From: Octopus sinensis | Lineage: Eukaryota | Assembly (NCBI RefSeq): GCF_006345805.1 | Contig: NC_043000.1 | Location: forward strand, 140,182,001-140,246,000 | DNA: 64,000 nucleotides | Direction: 5' to 3' | Part shown: one piece after another, positions 25,216 through 37,935 of the stretch | How positions within the stretch are numbered: position 1 is the first letter of the stretch | Layout of the letters: every line of letters begins with the position of its first letter | Translations under genes and position numbers: made by a program | Notes under the pieces: model-generated | Told to the model about the DNA's origin: nothing | Seen by the model: only the letters and a program-made list of their open reading frames with translations | Database searches by the model: none

Positions 25216-25595
25216 ATTTTGTGTGTAGTGATAATTCGAAACCGAACCGCTAGATCGTCGGTCAACATCATCATCAAACCACAGTATTTTCACATGATCA
25301 GTATTTTCACTAATCAGCATCAAGCGCTATTATTTTTCAACTGGGATGAGCCAATCACAGATTACTGTGTCAATAAGTTCGTCGTAAGCTCCAAGCAATA
25401 TGTCTGTCTCTCCCGGCTATGAAATTGTTACTGGTTGTATTTGTAAAATACCAACACAGTTAAAACTCTTATGTGCCACAATAAAATGTGTTAACTGATC
25501 GCGGGTGTCGTCTGTTATTTCTTCACGCGGCTCGAAAAATACATTTTGACTCAGCTACTCAGACATTCATCACCAAAGATCAACCAACAACAATA

Positions 25596-25800
25596 GTAAA
25601 ACTACAATGCGTCTGTGTTTGTCTCTCATTGCTTAATAACCAGTGTTGACCTATTTACGTACCTGTAACTGAACGGTTTATCAAAAAGGCACCAATAAAA
25701 TAAGTAACAAATTTTGAATAAGTACTGACGTTGATTTGATTGCCTAAAACCCATCGAGATACAGCCTCAGCTTGGCTTCTGTCCAATGACTGAAAAGATA
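25596..25800 (+). mobile_element. Old SINE family A-related 3' fragment
   Basis: cattgcttaataaccagtgttgacctatttacgt..aataagta..ccaatgactgaaaagataaa. Confidence 0.55.
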
Positions 25801-25812
25801 AATGAATAAAAT

Positions 25813-26001
25813 AGTGGCTGTGTGGTAAGTAGCCTGCTTACCAACCACATGGTTCCGGGTTCAGTCCCACTGCGTGGCACTTTGGGCAAGTGTCTTCTAC
25901 TATAGCCTCGGGCCGACCAAAGCCTTTTGAGTGGATTTGGTAGACGGAAACTGAAAGAAGCCCGTCGTATATATGTATATGTATGTATACATATATATAT
26001 G

Positions 26002-26051
<50 letters not shown>

Positions 26052-26263
26052 TGTGTGTCTGTGTTTGTCCCCCTCCCAACATCGTTTTACAACCGATGCT
26101 GGTGTGTTTACGTCCCTGTAACTTAGCGGTTCGGCAAAAGAGACCGATAGAATAAGTACTAAGCTTCCAAAGAATAAGTCCTGGGAGTCGATTTGCTCGA
26201 CTAAAGGTGATGCTCCAGCATGGCCGCAATCAAATGACTCAAACAAGTAAAAGAGTAAAAGAG
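25813..26263 (+). mobile_element. SINE family A, near full length
   Basis: Consensus match with expanded internal (TA)n. Confidence 0.95.
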
Positions 26264-27089
26264 AATACTGCGGGAACATCTTTGACAATAAGTCTTCCTG
26301 ATCAGAGTTTAATTTGGACGAAAGAATATGAACAAGTTATGACTTCGCGCGAATGTAAAATACATTTTAGTAGAAGCTAGGATGGTGATGTACAGAAATA
26401 CCCAACTGCAGTATGAAAAGAGCTTCACAACATCCTCTGATCTCATTTTACATCTCTCTACGCTGCATTCTTCTTGATGTACAAGAAATGGCGACTGAGT
26501 CTCCATTACTTCATTCTATTCTCTTCCAGAAATGACAAAAAAGAAAGACTGATTTTTGTATGTCTAAAAGACGGTTGGGTGTTTACGAATACAGCACATC
26601 TGAGAATAGAATTATTCGATTGAGGATGGAATAACAGCGATCAGCCATATGTTGCTCTGTATTATAGAAAATATCTACACTTATATACATTATACATATG
26701 CAGACGACAATATATCTGTGGCTTAACACTTCAATATCACAGCTACCACTAAACCATATAGCAATTTAACGGCAACAACCACACCAGCAATAACATTAGC
26801 ATTAATATCACAAATATTGTAAGGCTATTTTAAACATTTTTCGTTTTGGATTGATACCAAGTAAGTCTATTCTGTCAAAATCACCTTCATATCCCTTACC
26901 TCATATCCAAATTTGCTGATCATATATCTCTATTGATCATCAATCAAATATTGTCTGATTCACAATATGTTACGTCTCACTTCGTTCACCATTTAATTCC
27001 ATATCTGGCCGAGATCTGAAAGTTTGGCAGATCCACCAAATCAATAAGCTACGCACACATAATCATAAACACTACGATTGTGGGTCTGT

Positions 27090-27182
27090 GAGTAAAGACA
27101 TATACATGTATGTATATGTATTAATGTGTGTATGTACATACTTATATGTGCATATACATGTATGTATTTATGTGTATGTATG

Positions 27183-27217
<35 letters not shown>

Positions 27218-27280
27218 ATATATATATATATATGTATGTATGTATATATATACATGTGTATATATATATATATATATATA

Positions 27281-27313
<33 letters not shown>

Positions 27314-27330
27314 CATATATATGTATTGTT
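27090..27330. repeat. (TA)/(TG)/(TATG) compound microsatellite
   Basis: Direct reading. Confidence 0.9.
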
Positions 27331-28007
27331 TGTGCATTTGTAAGTTGTATCTTGGAAAGATTATTTACCAAATTGAAAAAATAGAAAATACACGCAGTGG
27401 TTTTGTTTCGTTTCTTTTTATAAATAGTCAACTTCTTAATTAATTAAGCAATTAAATAATCGATTACTTGACTATTCGCTTGATTAATAAATTAATCAGT
27501 TGGTTTGTGAGAGTCATTTCGTCGCCATTCGTGACCTTATCGATGACATCTCCTCGTCTGCTCTTCGTGTGTCACAATGTTTAAGAGACATTTCATTTTG
27601 TTCTTGTATTTATTGTCTTTGGAATACCTGAGTGCATATGTGCGTTTAGTTTAGACTAAAAGTTCTTTTGCGTCTGATTGTGTGTGTGTGCGGGGGATGT
27701 TACTTGTTTAGTGTTTATAGTAGTAGATTGTGTATATGTGCATACGTGTTTTGGTTTATATGCAGCTAAGACAGTGCCTGTGTTAGGAGCAATTTTTATG
27801 TCTGTATGTACATATTAGTGTGCATGAAAATTCGTAACCGAGCAATGACTTCCATTACCACCTGATCCTGGATTTCTATGCCCTGCTACCACTACAGACG
27901 TGAACGTGCATGTTTGCGCATGTGAATGTATGGGTGGTCATATAAAGGTATGTATACATGTATAAATACACACACACGTCCGTGCGCTTGTGTGTATGTG
28001 TGTGTGT

Positions 28008-28275
28008 TTCTGGTTAGGGTGCTGCACTCACGATCGAGAAAGATCGCGGTTTCAATTTCTGAACTGGGTGACGGGTTGTGTTCCGGTGCAAAGCACTTCA
28101 TTTCACATTGCTCTGCGATTACTTAAACACCTGACGTGTGGTACATCGTGTACTTATTCAGGAAGCCTCGATTAGATGGACGGAGTCAGATAATATCCAG
28201 CACATACATTATCACTATAAACAAATCATTTGTGCGGGTTTTTCAGAAATTGTAAAACAGTTTTTCTCAAACTGA
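28008..28275 (+). mobile_element. Old tRNA-derived SINE (family F)
   Basis: tggttagggtgctgcactcacgatcg..gcggtttcaatttc (A/B-box-like), then cacttcatttcacattgctc core shared with 34078 and 40964 elements. Confidence 0.6.
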
Positions 28276-28379
28276 GTAATTACAACAGATTTTGCCAGGA
28301 ACTTCTTATTTCTTAAGAAACATCACTTTCTGGTTACATTCAAATGCCATAAGCTATGTAACACATTCTGTTATGACGA

Positions 28380-29160
28380 CACACTATCGCTTCTACTATC
28401 AAACTATAAAACGGAAAATACACAGCTATATAGATCACACTTCATTGAAAAACTAAAATCAGGTCACCTAAAGTCATTTTCATCTAAAGTGATTTTCAGT
28501 CTTTCCCAAATCAATGTATGTAGAGTAATAATTGTTCTGCCTGGTGGATGCAGAAGAAATATACAAAACTGACCACTTATGACTTTAAGGGACTGTATAA
28601 CAAGATCAGTAATTCTTTAGGTCCATGAAAAGTTAAACGTTACTCCCTTTCTGAAGGACAATTATCATCAATGAGTTCTTACATGCTTTATTAGATATCA
28701 TAGCTGTTGTGTCTGCTTGTCTGAAAAACTATACATCCTGAAGTAGTCTGTGATATCTCTAAAATGAAAATCTGAGATAACTTCATATTGCTTTTACAAA
28801 TATGAGTTCCTCTTGGTACATCAGTTTATCCAGAAAATAATGCAATGAATGATTATAAGACATGACAATAACGAAGAGTAGATTGACCAGTTTGCTGGCA
28901 AAATTTTTTCTTGTTGATATCATCATCTGTACTTTCTAATAAATAGTGTCTGCAACAATTACATCGCTTGATTTGTCTTGGCTAAGAGGAAACACACTTA
29001 CCAATGGTGAATAGAAACATGCTTCTCAAGCCATATGCTTCTGGTGCTTGACTTACAGTAGATTTCTGTATGGTTAAGTATCTGCTTCAAATGTCCATGA
29101 TACTCTGAGTAACGAATGCTTCAGATAAGAAATGTTCAAACTACATATGTGTGCGCCTGT
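28380..29160 (+). pseudogene. Possible heavily decayed Penelope-type RT fragment
   Basis: Plus-strand peptides KLTTYDFKGLYNKI (resembles the PLE RT motif TYDFSTLYT.I) and ITSLDLSW; many stops. Confidence 0.35.
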
Positions 29161-29499
29161 ATTCAATTAACTCTCACGCGTGAAACAGGAGTCAATTGAG
29201 TGCAGTACAATTGGGGTAGTATTTTTAACTAGGTACAAACTTGAGACTCGTCGTATAATCATGCAACTGAAATGTAAATCCGTTTTTACTTCGGTACGTA
29301 TGTACATGTTCCTGTAATGTTTTGTACATGATAGCGATTTCACTGACCTGACCTTGGTGCTCTACTATTTAAGGACCTGATTCGCTTGAACCCTGAACTG
29401 TTATACACACACACATGATATATACCTGTATGTATACATGGCAATGGCTGTGTCACGTTGACTTAAATAAATAAATAATATAATGGATAATAAACTGAA

Positions 29500-30790
29500 T
29501 GGTTTACACCTGGTAGCTTAGTGATAAAGCGCCGTCACTTTCACAGTGATCGTTCACGACAATTGTTTCGACACATCTAGCAGTGATTCCTCATGTGTGC
29601 GACACTCAACAACTGGTTCAGGAGCATCCGGTGGTGCAAATGTATCTCGTCGGGTGATAAATAAATAAACTCGTTAAAATGATTATTCCGCAATGTAATT
29701 TTCCGTTTTGTAGAAGGAAAAGCAGTCAGACGGAGGATATAGCTTCATTTATATAGAAGATCAAAAATAAAATCCCGGATGGCAAAAAGAGTAAAGAACA
29801 CGCAATCCAGCGAGAAAAGTATTTAAAATAACCGTTAACAGATATGGATATATAAACGACCTCGGGCAAGCTGCATGACGCGAGTACACTCGCACATACA
29901 AGCATCCACAAAAATGTGAGCATACGTACACGTGAGGATTGGTGCATTCATGATCACAAAGCGAGTTATCTATCTACTTAGTGTTTATAAATTTAAGTCA
30001 TCCATACCTTAAAGTAAATTAAATTAAGTTAACGGTTATTCAAAATTCATTCCTACTGCATTGTGCGAAAGTACATTTATATGCGTGTAGGCATCTGGAG
30101 AGTCGTTCAGAAATTCTACTAATGATCTCGTTAGTCCGCAGAATAGACAGAGATTCCTCGGAGCAGAGACGGCATCTCTTGGAAATAATATTGTATGATT
30201 TCTAGTACCTTACTATGGACCAATTAATGATGTACTTCCTTTTATCCTCCTTCAGTCGCCATACAAAATCTGCCAAAGATGTTGAATGTCTCTTATTGAT
30301 TGTCTTAAAGCTGGCAACATAGTTACGATAACGATTCTTAAATGAATCAACGGTCAGCCCAATGTAAACATACGGCCCACTCATTGTGTGAATAGTACAT
30401 TTATATACACAATTTATACTCATACAGAGATTCATCAAAAGACATTTTGATTTATCTCTGCATGAGACTTTATCGTGTTAGCTGTATCATAAGTATTTAT
30501 ATTACTACAAATAAGTCGTAGTTGGAGTTTATCATTGCGGTTTACATCTCCTTGGTTGGTATTTAGATGCAAATGTTCGCTAGATCCAGTAACTGGATTA
30601 TTGAACCTTTGCCACATTTTGCTTTTGTTTGTGCGATGCATAAGCTGCTCTAAATTAGCAGAGTTGACGTAGGATACCTTCACGGTGTGTCGATTAAAAA
30701 TAACAAACCGATTAAATTTAGGAAAACACTTGTCCAAAGTAGCAAAAAATTTTCCAGCGATCTTGGTTTAAACATGCAAACCGAAAATCA
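29500..30790 (-). mobile_element. Penelope-like retroelement 3' portion (RT thumb to GIY-YIG) plus putative pLTR
   Basis: Minus: FPKFNRFVIFNRHTVKVSY; CVYKCTI..YIGLTVDSFKNRYRNY..STSLADFVWRLKE..INWSIV; KRCRLCSEE..RCLH; degenerate hammerhead half GAAAC-AATT-GTC at 29569-29558. Confidence 0.85.
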
Positions 30791-30844
30791 GGTTGAACCA
30801 GAGGACATCCTGATTCCTTTATCTGTTGTTAGGCTTATTTGATT

Positions 30845-31234
30845 GGCGCAGGAGTGGCTGTGTGGTAAGTAGCTTGCTTACCAGCCACATGGTTCCGGGT
30901 TCAGTCCCACTGGGTAGTATCTTGGCCAGGTGTCTTCTGCTATAGCCTCGGGCCGACCAATGCCTTGTGATTGGATTTGGTAGACGGAAACTGAAAGAAG
31001 CCTGTCGTATATATGTATATATATATGTATGTGTGTGTATATGTTTGTGTGTCAGTGTTTGTCCCCCCACCGATGCTGGTGTGTTTATGTCCCCGTCACT
31101 TAGCGGTTCGGCAAAAAGAGACCGATAGAATAAGTACTGGGCTTACAAAGAATAAGTCCCGTGGTCGATTTGCTCGACTAAAGGCGGTGCTCCAGCATGG
31201 CCGCAGTCAAATGACTGAAACAAGTAAAAGAGAG
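30845..31234 (+). mobile_element. SINE family A copy
   Basis: Consensus match with a short internal deletion. Confidence 0.95.
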
Positions 31235-31944
31235 GGTGTGTTGTACAGGATTGGAACAAGCAGTTGGATTATTATGTCGTGCGTGTCTATGAGTTTTCGT
31301 TGGTAGTTCATTGACAAAACCAATTCTTCCTGCCCTGTATTCTTTATCTAAGTGAGTTCTCAAAACATAACTTCTTCTTCTCCTCCTCCTCCTCCTACTT
31401 CACTTTCGTCTTCTGTTGATCGTTTTCCACTCCCTCCTTCCATCTCTCCCTCCTGTTATACATATCCACCCTTTTGATTCCCTCACCACATAATCTCTAC
31501 CCCACATACTCATCCTGCATCCACACTTTTAAGTTTTCCTTTTCTATTTCCTCTTGATATTTTCCTAACAACAATGTCTGAATGATACACAATGTAAAAG
31601 CATACCTTTAATGCAAGTCTGATGAAATTGCCTCTCCGATGTCTAAACTGCAAATATTACATGATTTTTCATTTAGAATTTTTGCATAAACTGGCATTGC
31701 AAATGGAGATGGTATAGAAATATTTGTAACTTTATAATTAAAGATGTGTTAAAGAATTTTGTTTGTCTTTTTTTCACTGGATACATACATTCACATATAT
31801 ATATATATATAATTAAAATTAAAATGAGGGTGAAAAATTGGGTATTAATTTGATAACATCAAATCTCTAAATTTTCTAGAGAACAATTCTCCATAGCGGA
31901 TCTTCTAGCGTAAGGGCTTCCACATAGTGATAAATTCCCTCTTA

Positions 31945-31975
<31 letters not shown>

Positions 31976-32139
31976 TCCTTATTTGTGAATTAAGGCTACC
32001 ATTGGTTTCATGTTAAGAAGAGTAGGAAAATATTCAAGTATCATGATTGGCTTCAAAAATAGTTAAGATACTTGAATATTTTCCTACCCATCTTAATATG
32101 CAACCAATAGTCGCCTTAATTCAGAAATAAAGAAATTAT
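31976..32139. repeat. Inverted repeat (two ~68-bp arms); a third partial arm lies at 32208-32258
   Basis: ttatttgtgaattaaggctaccattggtttcatgttaagaagagtaggaaaatattcaagtatc / gatacttgaatattttcctacccatcttaatatgcaaccaatagtcgccttaattcagaaataa. Confidence 0.9.
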
Positions 32140-33171
32140 TTATTTACCAATGCAGTGTTGAGCACTCATTCTATCATTCTACATTTACGCACACATTTAT
32201 ATATATATTCTTTATTTGTGATTTAAGGCTACCATTGGTTTCATGTTCAGAAGAGTAATCAAAATTGTACAAAAAACCCATAAAAAGCAAGTGTCAGAGT
32301 TAGGTGAAGAGCAACAAACAAGGTGTTTTAGTTTGACACTCAGAAAAAATAGAAGAGTCTTTGGCTTTTTGAGCCTATACACTTCTACAGAAAGGAATGA
32401 GGAGCGAAAACAGATGGAGTGAGAAAAATATTTCTGGATTAACAGCTGCACAAGTTATATGTGTGTGTATATGTATGTATGTATGTATGTACACACATGC
32501 CCATACCTGCTAATTCTCACTTCTATAAATTACAAATTACTCCAGTTCTGATTGCTGAAATATTTGTGTGCTCTACTGAAAACAAAGAAAATCTATATAT
32601 AATGTAATTTTGAACATATTTTTAATCATTCCAATAGGAAAGGAGAAATAATACTGAGAACAGAAACAAGAATAAAACAGAATATAAAAAATAAATTTAT
32701 AACAATATATGTCTATATGTGCAAAATAAGAAAACTGATATACAATATTGATATAAGAAGTGATATGAAAAGAAATTTAATGTAATAACAACAGATAAGC
32801 TATAAAGTAGTTCCATAATAACTCAGTAGAGATCATGTTTTAGCTAAAATATTCCTAGATTTACATACAGAGTCTTAACTTCAAATCTAGAGACAGTGTA
32901 ATATTCACAACAATAATATTTGCTTTTTAAATATTAAATATTTAGAAAAATGATCATTTCAGTATTTTATAATGCTTGATGTCATATTACACTTGGAGAC
33001 AAACTTTCACTGCTGGAATTTCAACCTCTGACAAGTAAAAACATGTCACACTTCACTACCTCTTTTTCTTCTCTCTCTCTCTACCTATCTATCTATCTCA
33101 CACACACATACACACACACACACAATCTGTCTATCTACAAATGTTTCAAAATTTGTAAAATATGGTAATAT

Positions 33172-33589
33172 AGGTGCAGGAGTGGCTGTGTGGTAAGTAG
33201 CTTGCTAACCAACCACATGGTTCCGGGTTCAGTCCCACTGCGTGGCATCTTGGGCAAGTGTCTTCTGCTATAGCCCCGGGCCGACCAATGCCTTGTGAGT
33301 GGACTTGGTAGACGGAAACTGAAAGAAGCCTGTCGTATATATGTATATATATATATATATGTGTGTGTGTGTATGTGTTTGTGTGTCTGTGTTTGTCCCC
33401 CTAGCATTGCTTGACAACCGATGCTGGTGTGTTTACGTCCCCGTCACTTAGTGGTTCGGCAAAAGAGACAGATACAATAAGTACTGGACTTACAAAGAAT
33501 AAGTCCCGGGGTCAATTTGCTCGACTAAAGGCGGTGCTCCAGCATGGCCGCAGTCAAATGACTGAAACAAGTAAAAGAGTAAAGAGAGA
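33172..33589 (+). mobile_element. SINE family A, full length
   Basis: Consensus match. Confidence 0.95.
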
Positions 33590-34077
33590 GTTATGTATTG
33601 TGAGGAGAGTTAGGTCTTAGTGTCATGTGCTAGATCCAAACTCATTGCATACAAACTTATTTCATTTTCTAAATCTTATCAAACTGTCTTTTACAGATGC
33701 AAATCACCGCTGTTGTCCTTGAACTCAAGTTATGTTTAGCTAACTTAGCTAAGCTAAATATTGACCGATTTGGCTATCATGCCATACAATTTTTAAAGAT
33801 TTATAATAAACAGAAATATTAGAAGCAGATCATTCTTTTTTCTTGTCATTTTCTTCTTATTTATTTTGTAGATATATTTGGTAGTTTTAGGTAAAGATAT
33901 ATCAGCATATTTTTATGCATATGTATCTACTTGAATAATTCATTAATATATATGTAAAAGAAGTATATTTGTGAAAACTAAATAACAAATCATTCTTTGT
34001 TTCCCTCTCTGTTTACAGTGATAGAATTAATATTAATATTAAAATGTACTATCTATCAAACACTTAAGCTCTCAAAC

Positions 34078-34390
34078 ATGTAGATTAGTGGCTAGGATAA
34101 TCGGCTTATGATCATAAAGTTATGTGTTTGATACCCGGTGGTAACTTGTGTGCTTGAGGAAGACACTTTATTTCACATTGCTCCAGTCTACTTAGCTGCG
34201 AAAAAGGAGTTGCAAATGTGAGTCAATTTGTAGATGGCATTCTGTGTCACTCTGGATCTCCCTGAGAACTATGCTAAAGGTACTCATGTTTCTTGAGTAT
34301 TCAGCCACTTGCACGTCAGTTTCACAAAGAGGCTGATCCATTGATCGCATCACCTGGAACCCTCGTCATCGTAACTGTCAAAGTGCCAGT
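34078..34390 (+). mobile_element. Old SINE with family E/F-type head and core and family C-type tail
   Basis: ttgaggaagacactttatttcacattgctccagtctacttagctg followed by gtgtcactctggatctccctgagaacta..cagccacttgcacg..ggaaccctcgtcatcgtaac. Confidence 0.75.
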
Positions 34391-34582
34391 TAACACAACA
34401 TTCACTTTTAAGTGGGGAAAAACATTACCTTTATATACAAGCTCTAACTAAGAAGTGATAAGGGAAGAGAGTCTCTCTCTCAGACAACACTCACTAAACA
34501 ACAACGGCAAAAATAAATACATTAACTTAATGCTGAAAAGTAAAGAAAACAATATCCTAGATGTTGGAAGTGAGCTGGTTCC

Positions 34583-34709
34583 CAAAGCATCAAGTGCCGA
34601 AAATGAACTTTCTTATCTTCCATTTTAAAGATTACAGAATTAACACAGGTTATAGGAACATAAACCGTCTTCCATGAAATGATAGCTTAAACTGTGCTCT
34701 AAATGGAGG
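34583..34709 (+). repeat. ~128-bp block duplicated at 35765-35893
   Basis: caaagcatcaagtgccgaaaatgaactttcttat...gatagcttaaactgtgctctaaatggagg in both. Confidence 0.9.
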
Positions 34710-35419
34710 CTTACTGAGGTAAGCACTACTTCTAGATAACCTATCATGTATCTCCAAGTCAGCCAGACTAGCATAGCTCAAAGAAAACCTGGAGGCAAAA
34801 TGCTCAGCATACAAAAACAAAAGAAAAAGAAACCATGCATAGATGTTTCACAAAGAATTGAAAATGGTAACATTGACATGAAATGAAGCCTTTCTTGTAC
34901 TACAACACATTTTATCCAATGCTTTAATGACTGTGCCACTTCACTGCTTCTTTAACACCAACAGCAATTTCTTTCTTTCTATTTTCTAACCATTTGATAT
35001 TCTGAAACCTGATATCCTAAAACCAAGATAACACATTAATAAGTACCAGTCCTATTCCATTAACATGTAATTCAGGCCATAGCCTAATGAAAACAGAACA
35101 CCGAACGCATGCTGTAGATGAGACTAGCTTAAAAAACATTTATTGTAGCGAAACAATTAACAGCAGGTTTTATAGAAAGGAGAAGAACCAATCAGAATTA
35201 ACCATTATACACACACATACACACATGCATGTGATAGACTGAATGACACATAACACATAGTCGTCAGTTCAAGTTGTAACACAAGTAAAAAGTATTATTG
35301 ATGGTGCCATTTAAAAAGCACATAAAACAACATGGAAAACAAACTTTAAGTGATGGTAATGGTGATGATTCTCTCCTGAAGTTATATTCCCTTGTGTTTT
35401 TCAGCTTACCTTATGTTAT

Positions 35420-35770
35420 TATTGGGCTGTCCGGAAAGTTTGTGCCAATTTTTAAAAGCAAGAAAAGGGTCAATAAATACTTGCCATTACATTTTTAATC
35501 AACCAAATATGAACCATTTTGTTGCACAATGCATCTCCATCTTTCCTTTAACCTGAAAATACCCTCTTCCCAGAACTGACGTGCTTTCATGGCAAAGATT
35601 TCATCAAGATATCTTTTTACGTCATCCAAGGAATTGAAATTTTTACCATTAAGACTATTCTGCAGAGATCTGAATAAGTGGAGATCCAAAGGAGCAATAT
35701 CTGGTGAATGTGGAGGGTAGGGTAACACATCCCAGCTGAGCTGCAGCAATTTTTGTCTGGTTCTCAAAGC
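35420..35770 (-). mobile_element. Mariner transposon 3' fragment
   Basis: ORF 35495-35767 (WDVLPYPPHSPDIAPLDLHLFRSLQNSLNGKNF..ERWRCIVQQNGSY); TIR TATTGGGCTGTCCGGAAAGTTTGTGCC at 35420. Confidence 0.92.
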
Positions 35771-35936
35771 ATCAAGTGCCGAAAATGAACTTTCTTATTT
35801 TCCATTTTTAAAGGGACACAAAATTAACACAGGCTATAAGAACATAATCCTTCTTCCACAAAAAGATAGCTTAAACTGTGCTCTAAATGGAGGTGTAGTC
35901 AAATACTATTTTCTGGACTCAACCATGTTCTAAAAT

Positions 35937-36100
35937 AGGTGTGTTTACATCACTGTAGCCTAGCAGTTCAGCAAAAGAGACTGAAAGAATAAGTACTAGG
36001 CTTACAAAGAATAAGTCCTAGGGTCAAGTTGTTCGACTAAAGGCAGTGCTCCAGCATGGGTGCAGTCAAATGACTGAAACAAATATAAGAATTAAAGAAT
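35937..36100 (+). mobile_element. SINE family A 3' fragment
   Basis: gcagttcagcaaaagagac..gactaaaggcagtgctccagcatgg..gactgaaacaa. Confidence 0.85.
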
Positions 36101-36995
36101 ATAATCAACTTACCTGCCTCCCCCGAAATTACTGGCCCAGTGCCAAAATTTGAAGGAACTAATATACCAAATTTATGAACACATCAAATCAACACCTTCA
36201 AGTTCCACAAGTAGCCCGTGCCCCCTCCCCACTACCACTACCAGCACAAACAAGTGCCATCTTACCTTGCAGACTTTACTGTACCCTCCTCACCACCACC
36301 ATGCCATTTTGGTAATTATTGTCAATAGCAACATCAGCACTGAAGCAATAACCATCATTACCCCTCACTACAAAGACTACGACCTTTGCTACCATTTCCA
36401 ACATTCCTGTCACTATCTCCATCATTGCTTAGAAGAATAGACAAACAAATATATAAATTAATATGTGAAAACAAAACAAAAATTACATAACAATAGTAAC
36501 AAAATAACAATAGATTACATAACAGATATGAAAAATTAAAAAAATAAACGCAGACGGCAGAAAAAAAAAAAATCAATTGAAGGGAAACCAAAATGAAAAG
36601 ATTAAAAATATTTAATCAAACAACACAAAATGGCTGTCTCTTATGCTCATTTCTATTTTATATTTTTAGCTGGGAAAGTTATTTTTGTTATTTGATTTAC
36701 CAGATTGTCGATTGGTTGAGATGGCTGACACAACACACTAAGTTTTTTCTTGTTTTTCTTGTATTATGGCAAAAGAGAAAAAAAAATAATAATGATCACA
36801 GCTGCTATTAAAGGTGGGTTGGAGATGATCAACAAATATTGTGGAAAATCTGCACACATAAATTCAAATACACAGATTTCAGCAATGTGCTTCTGAAGAA
36901 GCGGCAGCAGCAGCAGTAGCAGTAATAGTAATTGTGATGGTGGTAGTGGTGGTGGTGGTAGCAGTAGTAGTAATAATTTATTTAATAATTTACTG

Positions 36996-37259
36996 TGCAG
37001 GTGGTATGTAAAAAACACCATTTGAGCGTGGCCATTGCTAGTACTGCCTGACTGGCCCTCATGCTGGTGGCACATTAAAGCACCCACTACACTCTCGGAG
37101 TGGTTGGCATTAGGAAGGGCATCCAGCTGTAGAAACTCTGCCAGATCAAGATTGGAGCCTGGTGCAGCCATCTGGTCCGCCAGTCCTCAGTCAAATCGTC
37201 CAACCCATGCTAGCATGGAAAGTGGACGTTAAACGATGATGATGATGATGATAATGATG
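36996..37259 (+). mobile_element. SINE family D
   Basis: Consensus match with (GAT)n tail. Confidence 0.92.
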
Positions 37260-37750
37260 TTGGCACAAGGCCAGTAATTTTAGGGCATAATTGCATTGAC
37301 CCCAATGATCAACAGATACTTATCTTTATATAAAAAATTGAAGTTGTGTGTGTGAGACTCTGTCTCCTCTGATTTAGATTCCTAACTACTCCCACATTTT
37401 GCGGTGCAGTTTAACCAAAAGCAAGTATCTTATATTCGTCATTCATATCGAGCCCTTCTGGGTATTAGCGCGCATCTACGATGAGTCTACGATTTAAAAA
37501 AAAATTTACCATCATTTTTCCGCATTTTTAATGATTTTTGCTCGGGTTATATAAGGGAAGTAACTCTCTAAAAATGCTTATATATTTATTTCCCTTACAA
37601 ACCCGAGCAACGCTGGGCGATACTGCTAAATTTATCTATATCAAAAGAAGGAAAGGTAAAATCAACCTTGGCTGATTTGAACTCAGATTGTAAAGCCAGG
37701 AGACATGCTGCAAAGGCTTTTGTCTGATGTGCTGACAGTTCTGCCAGATC
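37260..37750 (-). mobile_element. Old SINE family B variant split by the HINE insertion
   Basis: ggcacaaggcc..gacccca..[37321-37629]..gaaaggtaaaatcaacc..ttgaactcag..ctgccag. Confidence 0.7.
37321..37629 (-). mobile_element. Helentron/DINE-1-like element (HINE), copy 2
   Basis: Reverse complement of 23183-23486. Confidence 0.75.
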
Positions 37751-37935
37751 ATCAATAATAATAATAATAATAATCATAGCAATGTTTATTTTGATTTAAG
37801 ATCACCATGTTGCACACATACAGTTGTAATGCATGTGCCCGGTTTACCCTTATCAGATGAGTAGTCATGATGGCTATATTGGGCTTCATATATTTGTACC
37901 CCAGTGTCACTTTAATGACACACATTGCTCTCTTG

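Noticed and set aside
24949-25323. 124-aa minus-strand ORF
   Set aside because: Overlaps an old SINE A fragment; no recognisable domain
35105-35170. AGATGAG..GAAACAATT possible hammerhead relic
   Set aside because: Core and cleavage triplet both mutated; indistinguishable from chance
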